Source of the DNA: Octopus sinensis
Taxonomy: Eukaryota
NCBI RefSeq assembly: GCF_006345805.1
Contig: NC_042998.1
Span: forward strand, 105,028,001-105,092,000
Length of the DNA stretch: 64,000 nt
Direction: 5' to 3'
Shown here piece by piece: positions 1-11,714 of the stretch (position 1 is its first letter; each line of letters starts with the position of its first letter). The notes beneath the pieces were generated by a model. The model saw only the letters and a list, made by a program, of their open reading frames with translations, searched no databases and was not told where the DNA came from. The position numbers were made by a program, and so were the translations under genes.

Positions 1-175
1 TGCACAGGAGCCAGTCCAATAGCACTGGCAACAACCTCGCTCGAAGTTTCTTTTCACGTGCCACCAGCACAAGTGCTACTAAGATGACGCAGGTAATGAT
101 CACACTCAAATGGTGTTTTTAACGTGCCATCAGCACGGAGGCCAGCTTGTTGCTCTGGCAACGATCTCACTCATA
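1..175 (-). mobile_element. RTE-LINE 3' UTR fragment (tandem GGTGGCACRTAAAAAGCACC-type units), cut by window edge
   Basis: Matches 31590-31700 and the UTR that follows the RTE ORF end at 6720-7100. Confidence 0.6.
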
Positions 176-804
176 TGGTGTTATCAGCAAAGTACTATTG
201 TTTCATTTTTTCTGTATTCAAATTCAAACAAAGTTGACTTTCTATTTATTCCACAGAGATTACTGAAATAAGCATCACTCATGGAATGGTTCAGTATTAA
301 TTCAATAAGCTATGCCTATCTCTTTGCAAATTTGTTGTCTTGTTCAAGCAGGAAAAATCATTATCACTGACTCCAGATAGCTGAAAGCAAAGTCAATCCT
401 AGCAGTATTTAGCTAATCCTATCAAGATCAAATCTTTGCTCTTCATTCTTTCAGAATTAATATAAGTATAGTTACATAATGTGGATGATTATATCAACTA
501 TACTTCCTCACCATAAAAGTTAAGTGCTTTAGCTTATGTCATAAATACTTATTTTTATATAATTAAAATAATAATATACATAATAGATGAGTCAGCTGTT
601 TTTACAGTTAAGGATTTAGCAATCAAAAAAGCATTTGATTTTCATTTGGCTTCCAAGTAACAATTGCTTTCAAAACATACAAATAATTGAATTTACAGAA
701 AAAGCCTGTTTAGAATACTGACATAGAAATGTGGAAGTAGAACAAAAATAATATTCAGATTTAGTCTATCTACGAATTATAAAATAAGTAGCTAAATATA
801 TAGG

Positions 805-1110
805 GTAATGACCTCCTTTGATCATTGAATATCCATGGGATTGTACCGAGAAAGTTCCCCTCTGAGCACGGTTACTTATGGAAGACTAACAGTCAACCAT
901 GCATATCAGCCTCCTCTCTCTCCATGCCACAAATGTTATCCAAGAGAAAGACAAAGGTCAATACAGCTTGGTACCAGTGATGATGCAACTTATTTCTAGA
1001 GCTGAGGGAACTGGAGCAATGTAAAATAAAGTGTCTTGCTCAAGAACACAACAGACATCTTGGTCTGGGAATCGAATTGTGAGTCTGATGCTCTAACCAT
1101 TGAGCCATAT
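805..1110 (-). mobile_element. tRNA-derived SINE, family C
   Basis: Reverse complement aligns along its length with 11885-12200 (TGGCTCAxTGGTTAGAGC head; TGTGTTCTTGAGCAAGACAC body). Confidence 0.8.
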
Positions 1111-1289
1111 ATGTTTATATATGTTTTAAGATTTAACTTATCATATTTACAGCTCTTCATTTTACGAAAAAAATAACTTGAGCCTATAAGAAAGCCATGC
1201 AAAGGGAGCCATCTGTGGTTGCTTGCTCTGCTTGAAATATCAGGGAAATTTTCCCTCGAAATCATTCAATACATCATCATTAATGCCAA

Positions 1290-1486
1290 TGTTCTCATCA
1301 TTGATATCAACATCATGGTAGTTATCAGCATCACTGTTGTCACCATCATTGCCATCATCATCATCATCATCAATATCACATTCTCACAATCATCACATTA
1401 TCACTATCATTGTAGTTGTCATCAATGTCATCATTGATATCCTCATCATCATCATTGTCATCGTCATCACCACCAACACCACCACA

Positions 1487-1531
<45 letters not shown>

Positions 1532-1540
1532 AGCAACATT
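1290..1540. repeat. Compound (CAT)n/(CAC)n/(CAG)n microsatellite
   Basis: Direct trinucleotide runs; explains ORFs 1219-1437 and 1337-1573. Confidence 0.85.
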
Positions 1541-1796
1541 TTATGGATGTTATTCCATTCCTGCTTGAATTAGGATTTAGCATGGTCTTCTCAAACACAG
1601 CATCTTGTCATCTGATGCAGTACTTCATCATCCCCTTCATGATGTTCAACTTCTTGAAATCAACTTTCATCCTTTCTTCCTAAGTCTTTCCCTTTTCTTG
1701 TTCTTAACTCTTTGTATTACTTGGAACTTCTTTCTTTCTATAACAATTATTCTTCACACAGATTGCATATCTGTGCCACCATAGTCATCTTTCTTG

Positions 1797-2139
1797 CACT
1801 ACCAACCACACAGTTCTGGATTCAATCCCACTGTGTGGCACCTTGGGCAAGTGTCTTCTACTATAGCCTCAGGCTGACCAAAGCCTTCTGAGTAGATTTG
1901 GTAGATGGAAACTGAAAGAAGCCCATCATATATGTGTGTGTGTATTTGTGTGTTTGTTTGTTCCCCCACCATCACTTGACAATTGATGCTGGTGTTTACA
2001 TCCCTGTAAATAAGCAGTTCAGCAAAAGAGACCAATAGAATAAGTACTAGGCTTACAAAGAATAAGTCCTGGGGTTGATTTGTTCAACAAAAGGCAGTGC
2101 TCCAGCATGGCCACAGTCAAATGACTGAAACAAATAAAA

Positions 2140-2140
<1 letters not shown>
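1797..2140 (+). mobile_element. tRNA-derived SINE, family A (5'-truncated)
   Basis: CCCACTGTGTGGCACCTTGGGCAAGTGTCTTCTACTATAGCC...GAATAAGTCCTGGGGT...CAAATGACTGAAACA, shared by about 18 copies in the window. Confidence 0.85.
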
Positions 2141-2190
<50 letters not shown>

Positions 2191-2214
2191 GTCAAATGAA
2201 AGAACAAACAATTA

Positions 2215-2400
2215 AAAAATAAAGAAAAAAAGAGAAAAAACAAATGTGAGGACGTGCACAAGAAATATTTTAATCTGATGCTTGGTGAAACGGAAGAGTT
2301 GTTAACATTTCGAGCAAAGCTCTTCATCAGAAAGAGAAAAGTCTAAAGAGTAACAATCCACGTGCAGCTACATTTCTGAAGTGACAAGAAGTGGAAGGAG
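2215..2400 (-). mobile_element. Short Penelope-like repeat with hammerhead motif (2300-2334)
   Basis: Minus strand CTTT CTGATGA A GAGC TTT GCTC GAAA TGTT AAC; related to 30018-30225 and 46088-46285. Confidence 0.5.
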
Positions 2401-2410
2401 ATATCTATCT

Positions 2411-2620
2411 ATCATCATCATCATCATCATTTGATGTCTGTTTTCCATGAGTTGGACAGTCTGACAAGAGCTGGCAAGATTAGGAACCATACCATGTTCT
2501 ATAGTTTGTCTTGGCTTGGTTTCGACAACTGTATGCACTTCCTAATGACAACCACTTTAAAAAATGTACTGGATGCTTTTTACATGGCACCATCACCTAT
2601 ATCCTTTATGGACAAGCACT
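2411..2620 (-). mobile_element. RTE-LINE 3' tail fragment with (GAT)n end
   Basis: (CAT)n followed by GTCTGTTTTCCATG...GATGCACTTCCTAATGACAACCAC, as in other copies. Confidence 0.7.
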
Positions 2621-2905
2621 ACCAAGGTAGTTTTATGATATCTATTCAGTTATTCATATATATTTATATATATAATAAACCTTTACATAAATAAATAACG
2701 TGAAATACACGAAGGGACGAACAAAAAGACAAACGGGTCATTCAAAGCCTTCGTTCTTCAGTCAGAAACTGATTCCTCATCGCAGATTTCGGCTGTTTAA
2801 TTCTGAGATCCACTCTGAATCAGCCAGCCACAGAAGGAAAGAGTAACAAAAAGGGAGGTAGAGAATTTTGATTATCCCCACATGGTGAGTTATAATGCAA
2901 AAAAT

Positions 2906-3078
2906 ATATATATAAAATAAAAGAAGGAAAATGCACGCAGTTTATAGAAATTTAATATATTTTATAAGTGAAGTAGTATTGTGTTTGTCGACTATTTTCA
3001 CTTATAAAATATATTAAAAACTATATTAAAACTATGTAAGCTGTGTGCATTTTCCTTCTTTTGTTTTATATATATATA
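2906..3078. repeat. Imperfect fold-back palindrome
   Basis: AAAAGAAGGAAAATGCAC...TTAATATATTTTATAAGTGAA versus TTCACTTATAAAATATATTAA...GTGCATTTTCCTTCTTTT; about 23-nt spacer. Confidence 0.85.
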
Positions 3079-3690
3079 TATATAGAAATTCGGGGTGAGT
3101 ACTTGATAATTATAAGCACCTGTGTATACCGTTTGGTGGTGTAGGTGGTGGAGTAAATTGATCAAAATTGACCACCATGCTTGGTCCGTAACCTCTATAC
3201 ATCCCTTATCTTTACATTCTTTTACATTTTTATCATGTTTTTATCATGTTTTTTTACTTTTATTTCTATTTTTATTTCTATTTCTACTTTTATTTTTATT
3301 TCTATTTCTACTTTTACTTTATAACCTTATGCCTTTACATTTATTTATATTTCTTTATATTTCTTTATATTCTTTATACCCCCTTTACATCTCCTTATAA
3401 CTCTTTATATCTTTATGCTCTACATGTTTATATTTTTCTATACTTACACTTTTTATACATTTTTTATCTCTCGTCCCGAATTCTCGCCCCTCCATCTTCA
3501 CGTCTATATATGTATTTATTTATTTACATTACCTCAACATCCAATTTTCCTCATTCTACATTGAGAGAAGAAAGAGATGGACGCTTCAATTCTATGCTGC
3601 TGCCGCATTATGTCGTACGCGAATGAGAGGATTTGCATCCCCAACCAAGAATTTTTGATGTAACACATGTCCTTGTGGAAGCTGTTGTGC

Positions 3691-3768
3691 GCGGCTGAAG
3701 AAGGCCACAGACATACATTATGCATTGTTATAAATCTGTCTAATAAAGGCCCGAAACATATGTACCGC
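3691..3768 (+). ncRNA. Type I hammerhead ribozyme with intact core, predicted GUA cleavage after 3764
   Basis: Stem I GCGG/CCGC; core CTGAAGA (3695-3701); stem II GGCC...GGCC with inner ACAGA/TCTGT helix; GAAA (3753-3756); palindromic stem III ACATATGT; H17=A. Confidence 0.75.
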
Positions 3769-3843
3769 TGAATCCTTCGCATCATGTTTTTATTTTATTT
3801 TGATCAATTTATATATATATATATATATATAATATCATATATG

Positions 3844-3872
<29 letters not shown>

Positions 3873-3874
<2 letters not shown>

Positions 3875-4060
3875 TAAATAAAATGAGACAACAAAGTCAA
3901 GGCTGTGTGGAATTTTCAGGACATTTATAAAAAGAAGGTTAGTATTACAGCCGTTTTTTGGGATATAATATCTCAAAAACAGCTGTAAGACTAACCTTCT
4001 CTTTATAAATGTCCCGAAAATTCCACACAACATTGGCTTTGTTGTCTCATTTTGTTTAAC
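3873..4060. repeat. About 190-bp fold-back palindrome (about 92-bp arms) centred on a hammerhead stem II
   Basis: GTTAAATAAAATGAGACAACAAAG... versus ...CTTTGTTGTCTCATTTTGTTTAAC; centre resembles 44665-44710. Confidence 0.85.
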
Positions 4061-4325
4061 ATACACATGCTCATACAAGACCTGCATTAGACTCCTCACT
4101 CATATTATTATCGACCTGAGAGCTTAACTATGACCCTTCCATATCACTTACATAGCCTTACTTGCCACCATGGGTCTTCTTGATATCAATACCTCTCATA
4201 TTTTCTGAGGCTGACCAAAGAATTTTTATTTTTAGATATAAGTGATGTACTCAAGTGTAGTTATGTTTTTAGCTTGTGCTTTTTCCATGATCATACGTGA
4301 GTATTTTATTTATATCCCATCGAAA

Positions 4326-4390
4326 GTTCTACTGAAGAAGGAATATATCTTTTTTTATAAGATTAAGTCCGAAATTGATTCAATATAGAG
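4326..4390 (+). ncRNA. Degenerate hammerhead-like motif
   Basis: CTGAAGA A GGA...TCC GAAA TTGATTC; stems I and III imperfect. Confidence 0.35.
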
Positions 4391-4518
4391 ATAACGAAAT
4401 TTAAATTTTCTAAAGGTTAGTTGCCCGTTTTCAGTTTCAATTTTCCTGTAACAAGCGGATTATAAGTGGATAAAACAGTGTATTTGGCTTTAGAATAACC
4501 CTCTTTAGCCCTTAATTA

Positions 4519-4524
<6 letters not shown>

Positions 4525-4586
<62 letters not shown>

Positions 4587-4644
4587 TATTTATATATATA
4601 TACATACATATATATATACATACATATATATATATGTATATATG

Positions 4645-4693
<49 letters not shown>

Positions 4694-4725
4694 TATATAT
4701 AATATATATATATATTATATATATA

Positions 4726-4757
<32 letters not shown>
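4525..4757. repeat. (TA)n / (TACA)n microsatellite
   Basis: Direct dinucleotide run. Confidence 0.95.
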
Positions 4758-4758
<1 letters not shown>

Positions 4759-5544
4759 GTGTGTGTATGTGTGCTTGTATGTATTTACATGCCATGCAAC
4801 AACTAATTAAATCTCACACTGTTATCTTAAAAGTGAGAAGAACACATTGACTAATATTAAGATATGCCAGGTCTGAAAACAAGGTGGAATATTCTGGGCT
4901 GAAAAGCTTTTCATAGGCCTGTAGTATCAGGTCTGACCTGAAACTAAACAACAGCTATAAGGAAAAATGGAATGGTCTTGGCTGCAACATATTTAATAAT
5001 AGGATCACATGAGACTGGGGAAATTAAATAAATAAATAAATAGATAGATAAACCAACATGGATGGTCATAACAGATATTGTAGTCTTAGAAAAATTGCAT
5101 CTGAATAAAAATGAGTAGGTCATAGCAGAAACATTTTTAATCACAAGTCTACTGGTTTATTAATTCAAGATGATCTGGAGCAAATAAAAAATTTTAAAAA
5201 TAAGCAATGTAGTACAAGATACACTCATTAATCATTATTCCTTAATGATGAATGCATCTAGGACTACATGAATAATGATGAAGAATATATACAAGGGCTA
5301 CATTTTTCTTTGTTTGTTCAAGATCATTTTCATTTATCAGTCCAGCAAACTTGGGATCAAAGATGTTTTAACAATAACCATCCTACTTTTGTTCAGACAT
5401 TGTTTTGCATAGATTATCTGATTTTAATATGACTTTTCTTTTACCTTTTTTTTTCTCTTTCTGAAAATAATGAGTTGATCATGGCTGAAAAACATATACT
5501 TTTTCCAGAAATGACCTATGGCTAAACATCCTCATCAGTGGAGG

Positions 5545-5770
5545 CAGATGGCTTAGTGGTTTGGGTGTTGCACTCATGATCATAAGATTATGGTTTCACT
5601 TCCCAGACCAGACAATGCATTGTGTTCTTGAGCAAGACACTTCATTTCACATTGCTTCAATCCACTCAGCTGACAAAAGTGAGTAATCCTGCAATGCACT
5701 GGGGTCCCATTCAAGGAGGAATATATTTGCCCACAGAAATTGGGAAATTGACTCTGAGTCTATAAAACTT
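5545..5770 (+). mobile_element. tRNA-derived SINE related to family C (alternative 3' part)
   Basis: TGGCTTAGTGGTT head; TGTGTTCTTGAGCAAGACACTTCATTTCACATTGCT; matches 55520-55750. Confidence 0.7.
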
Positions 5771-5784
5771 GGGAAGGAACTGAA

Positions 5785-5935
5785 CATCATCATCATCAGC
5801 AATTTAACATTCACTTTTTCATGCTTGCTGGGGCTGGAGGGAATTTTGTTGAGATAGATTTTCTATGGCTGGATGCCCTTCCTGTCACCAACCCTTACCT
5901 GTTTCGAAGTAAGGTAATATTTTCTCATCACCAGA
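5785..5935 (-). mobile_element. RTE-type 3' tail, second subfamily
   Basis: GGATGCCCTTCCTGTCACCAACCCTTACCTGTTT; matches 56290-56440. Confidence 0.6.
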
Positions 5936-6388
5936 CATCATGCAATGTCAGGGCAATAAAATGGTAACGCATACACACACACAGACACACATACACTCAT
6001 ACACACACATGCACACATACACACATGCATATATATATATATATATGCATACATGCACACGTCAAGGTCACCAGCCCTTTTCCACATGCACATACATGCT
6101 CTCTTATACACATGCATGCACACCTTCATTTTAGGATCACCACTACTTTAATATCTCCCCTTCTTCCTAGCTCTCCTGTGTGACCCCTCTGTCTGGCATT
6201 CACTATGATAGATTGCTAGCCATTATACATTCTTTATTTTCTCTCCTTGTTTCTTTCTGTGTTCCTTTCTGTGGAAGAGCATAGGCTCAAAACATTAATG
6301 ACTTTTTCACTTCTTGAGCGTTAAACAAAGTACATTTGTTTGTTGTCTACACCACCTGTCTTTGTCTTTTGCTTTTTTTGTGAAGTCT

Positions 6389-6437
<49 letters not shown>

Positions 6438-7120
6438 CTCAGGGTAAGCACTCTGAGAGAAATGTTGGACATAAGAAGCATCAGATGTGGTGTGCAAGAG
6501 CGACGCTTGCGATGGTATGGTCATGTACTGCGGATGGATGAGGAGAGATGTGTGAAGAAGTGCTGCTCCCAAACAGTTGAAGGTATCAGGGGAAGAGGTA
6601 GACCCAGGAAGACATGGGATGAGGTAGTCAAGCATGACCTCAGAGCGTTGGGCCTCACAGAGGCAATGACGAAGGACCGAGATCTCTGGAGATATGCTGT
6701 GACTGCAAAGACCCGGGCTGCTTCCTGCACCAGTCCTGCATAGCCCCTGCCCATTCAAAGTACCTTGGATTCCAGAACATCCCGTTGTGCTTGAGGAGAC
6801 CTATTGAGTCAAGTACATGAACATCGAAATAAATATCAATGGAAATAATAGTTGTGATACCTGTGCCGGTGGCACATAAAAAGCACCATCCGAACGTGGC
6901 CGATGCCAGCGCCGCCTCGACTGGCTTCTGTGCTGGTGGCACATAAAAAGCACCCACTAAACTCACGGAGTGGTTGGTGTTAGGAAGGGCATCCAGCTAT
7001 AGAAACACTGCCAGACCAGACAGGAGCATGGTGCAGCCCCTGGCTTCCCAGACCCCGGTCGAACCGTCCAATCCGTGCTAGCGTGGAAAACGGACATTAA
7101 ACGATGATGATGATGATGAT
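6438..7120 (+). mobile_element. RTE-clade LINE 3' end: ORF C-terminus, 3' UTR and (GAT)n tail
   Basis: ORF 6462-6743 ERRLRWYGHVLRM...GIRGRGRPRKTW...DRDLWR is the typical RTE C-terminus. Confidence 0.9.
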
Positions 7121-7136
7121 ATATACATATATATAT

Positions 7137-7230
<94 letters not shown>

Positions 7231-7247
7231 GTATATATATATATAAT

Positions 7248-7306
<59 letters not shown>

Positions 7307-7315
<9 letters not shown>

Positions 7316-7428
7316 GGAGCTTCTACAGGACTAGAACTGTTTCATTCAAGAGAAATCTTCAGGAAGAGCTTCCTGAAGATTTCTCTTGAATGAAACAGTT
7401 CTAGTCCTGTAGAAGCTCCTTCTATATA
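7307..7428. repeat. Perfect palindrome (60-bp arms, 2-nt loop) containing a hammerhead on the + strand (7366-7419)
   Basis: 7307-7366 is the exact reverse complement of 7369-7428; GAGCTTC CTGAAGA TTTCTCTTGAAT GAAAC AG TTCTAGTC CT GTA GAAGCTC. Confidence 0.9.
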
Positions 7429-7500
7429 ATAAATTAATTTTACTCTGCTATGTATTGAGTACCTTATTTACTGTGGTTAACCCCGAATCAACCCGGGACC

Positions 7501-7536
<36 letters not shown>

Positions 7537-7538
<2 letters not shown>

Positions 7539-7691
7539 GGGTTTCTTTGAGTTTCTATTTACCAAATCCACTCACAGAACTTTGGTTGGCCCTGGGGCTA
7601 TAAAAGAAGACACTTCCCAAAGTATCATGCAGTAGGACTGAATCCAAAACCAATGTGTTTGGGAAGCCAGCTTCTTACCACATGACCATGC
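7537..7691 (-). mobile_element. SINE family A, 5' half
   Basis: Reverse complement of the family A head and body. Confidence 0.75.
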
Positions 7692-8213
7692 AAAATTATC
7701 TTAAGCCAATCTAATATTTGAATCTTCGTTTTTGTTGTTTTTCTTTTCTGCTACTGTTATTCCTATAGTTGAAGTGGTTCCCCCAGTAACAGCTGTTGCA
7801 TTTCAATCTCATCATTTGCTACTCTTTGATTTTCAATCAGAATATTATCTCATCAACCTGGCCTTCATTATAATTGCAATTTCTTCTCTTCTCTTAATTT
7901 TGATTTTTTTTCTCCTCTCTTTAATCATTAATTACTTGCTTGTTATTTCATTTTCTAATTACAATTTTTATATTATTATTTTGTTCACAAATATTTATAT
8001 GTTGGCATGTGTATGTGTACGTTTGTGTGTGTATATGTCAGAGTATGTGTACGTATCTGTGTTTTTGTGTATGGGCGTTCGTGCATATAATCATACACAC
8101 ATAGTTATGTAAGATGAGTTATGTATATGTAAAATGTGTGTTAGTATGCAAACAGATAAGTAACACACACATACATACATTTATATATATAATATATATA
8201 TATATATAATATA

Positions 8214-8260
<47 letters not shown>

Positions 8261-8357
8261 TATGTGTGTGTGTGTGTGTGTATTTATATGTATATATATA
8301 TAATGTATGTGTGAGTTTCTATGTATGTATGTATGTATGTATGAATCTATCTATTTA

Positions 8358-8408
<51 letters not shown>

Positions 8409-9079
8409 CATGAGAGAGAGACAGAAAGATATATAGATAAGTAGATAGACAAAGGTATATATACATATATTTATACACATATTCCTACACATACATGTAT
8501 GCAAATACTTATATGCACATACACAATGTCTGTATAGAAAGTGGACATAAAACGATGATGATGACGACAACAACAACAAAGATGAAGATGATGACAATGG
8601 TGATGATGACACTTCCCACATAGATAAATATAGATAAATACACATACACAAACACACACATAGTCAAATGTTTATGATTGAGTTTTCTTCTTGACAGTCT
8701 ATCAAATTTAAAATATATTGATATAAAAAATATCATAAAAGAAAACAGAAATATGTTGTTATCTAGTGTGTGTGTGTGTGTAAAGTAGATAGAGGGGAGA
8801 GTGGAGTGGAAATAATATTGATTTGTTTATTTTGTGCTGGAATAGGATTTATCAAAGATGTGCAACATCACAGATAATTATGAAAATAATGTGTGACGCT
8901 ATTGGCTTCAGTTTAAGTATTTTTGACTTATTTTTATTTGTCAATAATTCACTTTTACTTCTACATTTTACACTTGTATAGGTTGGATGAATTTATAAAT
9001 TCAGGAAATTCAAATATTTGCACTTATTTTCTTTAAAAATAGATTCTATTCATGTTAATCATTTTTATGTTTATTATTA

Positions 9080-9190
9080 AGGTGGCAAGCTGGCAGAATC
9101 ATTAGCATATTTGGCACAATACTTTGTGACATCTTGTCCATCTTCACATTTTGAGTTTAAGTTCCACCAAGCTTGACTTTGCTTTATTAT
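9080..9190 (+). mobile_element. SINE family B, 3'-truncated
   Basis: GGTGGCAAGCTGGCAGAATCATTAGCA...TTCCACCAAGCTTGACTTTGC. Confidence 0.65.
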
Positions 9191-9545
9191 TATTATCATT
9201 ATTTAAGATCAGTCATTCAATTTCAAATTGCAGTGGCTTGATACTTCTTTTTTTAGAGATAGTCATTCCAAGAATACTGTAAAGCCACTGTCAATGGATT
9301 ACTAATGGAGTTCACTGTTGTGTTTAATTCCAACCTTTGAGTGATGTTTCCTCTTTCTCCCTCCACCATTCATATATTCAATATTTTCTTGAAACTAAAT
9401 CAGAATCTACAAATAAGGTTGAGAATTAATTTGGTGATCGTCTCTTTCTCATCTGTATCAATATTCGTGAACTTGAATCTAACTTAAATGCTGCAAACCC
9501 CCTTTTGTTAGCATACAAAAATACTATCAGAGAAATAGAACATAC

Positions 9546-9607
9546 CTTTTGTCTATCAGATGCCTACAAACTTTCTTCCCTTGAAATGCAGTTGAGATTT
9601 CTAGTTC
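9546..9607 (-). CDS. Candidate internal exon (ELEISTAFQGKKVCRHLIDK)
   Basis: caatcttttttag acceptor, AAAG|gtatgt donor, one open frame; no homology recognised. Confidence 0.2.
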
Positions 9608-10878
9608 CTAAAAAAGATTGCCTCCTTTACTTTTGTGAAGTCCTTCTTACATATCATTCTTCTGTAAGTAGAATTCTTAGAGATGAAGAAATTATCTTCG
9701 CTACCTGATTTGCTTCCAATCGTACACTAAACACACCTTGTGGAACTTTGCTTTTCAGTTTCATTTATATCATTACCATGATCATGCAGATACTTAGTGA
9801 GAAAACTTCAAAACAAATTATCTCAACATGTCAACTGATTCTAACAGTGTACTTCCCTCATGTTTAGACACAATGAGCTTGAGTTGTAGTCTGTCTTTAG
9901 CAAATTCTTTTACCTTTATCTCTTTAGAGGCACACCAGAATTAAGAAAACATAATATAATGTATCATATTCCCAAGAAGTAATCTTTCTTATTTTTCTAA
10001 TTATTCACCAGTTGATCTTCCAATATTTCAATGGTCATGGAAGAAGTTGTAAACTTCTACCTCTTTCATAATCTAAGGCTTTTCCTTCTCTCTCTTATTA
10101 CCAGTGCAATGCACACAGAGTCTGACAAAACCAATGAAGGCATCTCAGCATGATAATTTGTCCTGCAAGAAATAGTAGCCAAAGCTCCTTAACTCACATC
10201 CTTTCATCAAGAAAGAACATATTGAGTGAAGTAGTCTTAGGTTCCTTCCACATATGAAGAAGAAATGATCATGATTGAAATACCATTGATCACAGGTGTG
10301 TTTGATCAAATTTGACCTTCAGTTTAACAACAAAATCAACAACACAGGACCTGATTTATGGAAATGAACTATTCTTCATCAGGCATCACTGACCTCTTAC
10401 TCTTGGAAACATTAGTCATACCTAGTAAGTGAATCTTACAGAAAAGTTGTGCATTTATGGATTTTGAAGGCTTTCATCTCTTGAAGTGAGAAGTTTCTTA
10501 TTAGATGGCTCACTTTAATGATACCTTTCCAATTCACATTTTATAAACCAGGATGTACTTTAAGATTTAGCTATGTCTTCTACATTCTTCCAACTGTCAA
10601 TTAATGAACTTCATATGGTTACTTATTACTAAACACACTCCATCATTAATGACATCACACTTCATTCCCCATTGGCCTCCTATATGTAGGTGTTATCTTA
10701 TTGAACTAAATACATCCTGCAAGCCTTGTCTATCAAATCACAGTCTGAGAAATACTACACCTTTACTCATGAATAACACATAGTTAAAACTGTCAGATTC
10801 ACAAAAAAAAAAGGCCTCACAGTTTCTGATTGTTTATTTGTGGCAACTCTACACTTAAACATTATTAAACTGACATAC

Positions 10879-10932
10879 AATTTTTCTTCTTTGGGGTCAG
10901 AAAATATTTCAGTGTAAAAATCTGCTGCCCCT
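10879..10932 (-). CDS. Candidate 54-nt exon (GAADFYTEIFSDPKEEK or GQQIFTLKYFLTPKKKN)
   Basis: tgtttttgtag acceptor, TT|gtatgt donor, length 3n. Confidence 0.25.
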
Positions 10933-11714
10933 CTACAAAAACATGAGTTATGTTTCACATTAAAGAAGAGCTTACGTAGAAGCAATGTAGGTGATACACA
11001 AAGTGTTAGCAAACTGATTAGCAAATCCTTTATACATCAGCACCTTTTTACCACTATCCTATAGGAGAGGTAATTAATGTTTTTGCTACCATTTTTATCA
11101 TCATCATCATAGCAGCCACCACCATTATCATCATCTCTTATAGATGTGTACCTTTACAAGTGTTCCTTTTAAAGAGATTTTTCTTACAGCAATCCCTTGC
11201 ACATGTTGACCAAGACTATTATCCAATGAGAACAAAATACAAATTCTGAATAATTTATTGACATTTAATAAACTATTCTTGTATCCAGTTATGACAGCTA
11301 AGTAAGAAGCACTTTCTCCATATTACATTTCTGTCTATAGCACATAACTTTAATTCAAGATTAACCTTTTATCTAATATTTTAACCCTTTAAGCTGTCAC
11401 AACAGAATATCAATTATATATTCATAATGGATCTATTTAAGTTATTTAAGTTTCAGAGAATGTGTAGAGTGAGAGAGAGAAATTAATATTTAGTTGTACA
11501 TAATTACTTAGTATTACTCCACTACCTGATTTAACACCACCGCATAGTTCCTGGGTGCCTTGAGCAGAGAACATGCTGCCGAGGGCAGTTTGGCAAGGTC
11601 TCTGGTCTGAGAATAGCCTTCTTCTCCTCCAAGTATCAGTAGTGATCTCTATCCCACAACAGTACAACAACAAAAAGAATGATTATGAGAATTCTTCTTA
11701 CTCTTTGAGTTACT

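Noticed and set aside
257-300. Terminal exon ITEISITHGMVQY*
   Set aside because: Good acceptor but only 13 codons, and no upstream exon is available in the window
2790-2835. Hammerhead on the minus strand (GGCTG..CAGCC GAAA)
   Set aside because: No CUGANGA core, and position 17 would be G
6265-6300. Hammerhead-like CTGTGGAAGAGCATAGGCTCAAAAC
   Set aside because: Several core positions are mutated; at most a relic related to the 46196 family
6860-6960. CRISPR-like spaced repeats (GGTGGCACATAAAAAGCACC)
   Set aside because: These are tandem subunits of the RTE 3' UTR in a eukaryotic context, with no cas genes
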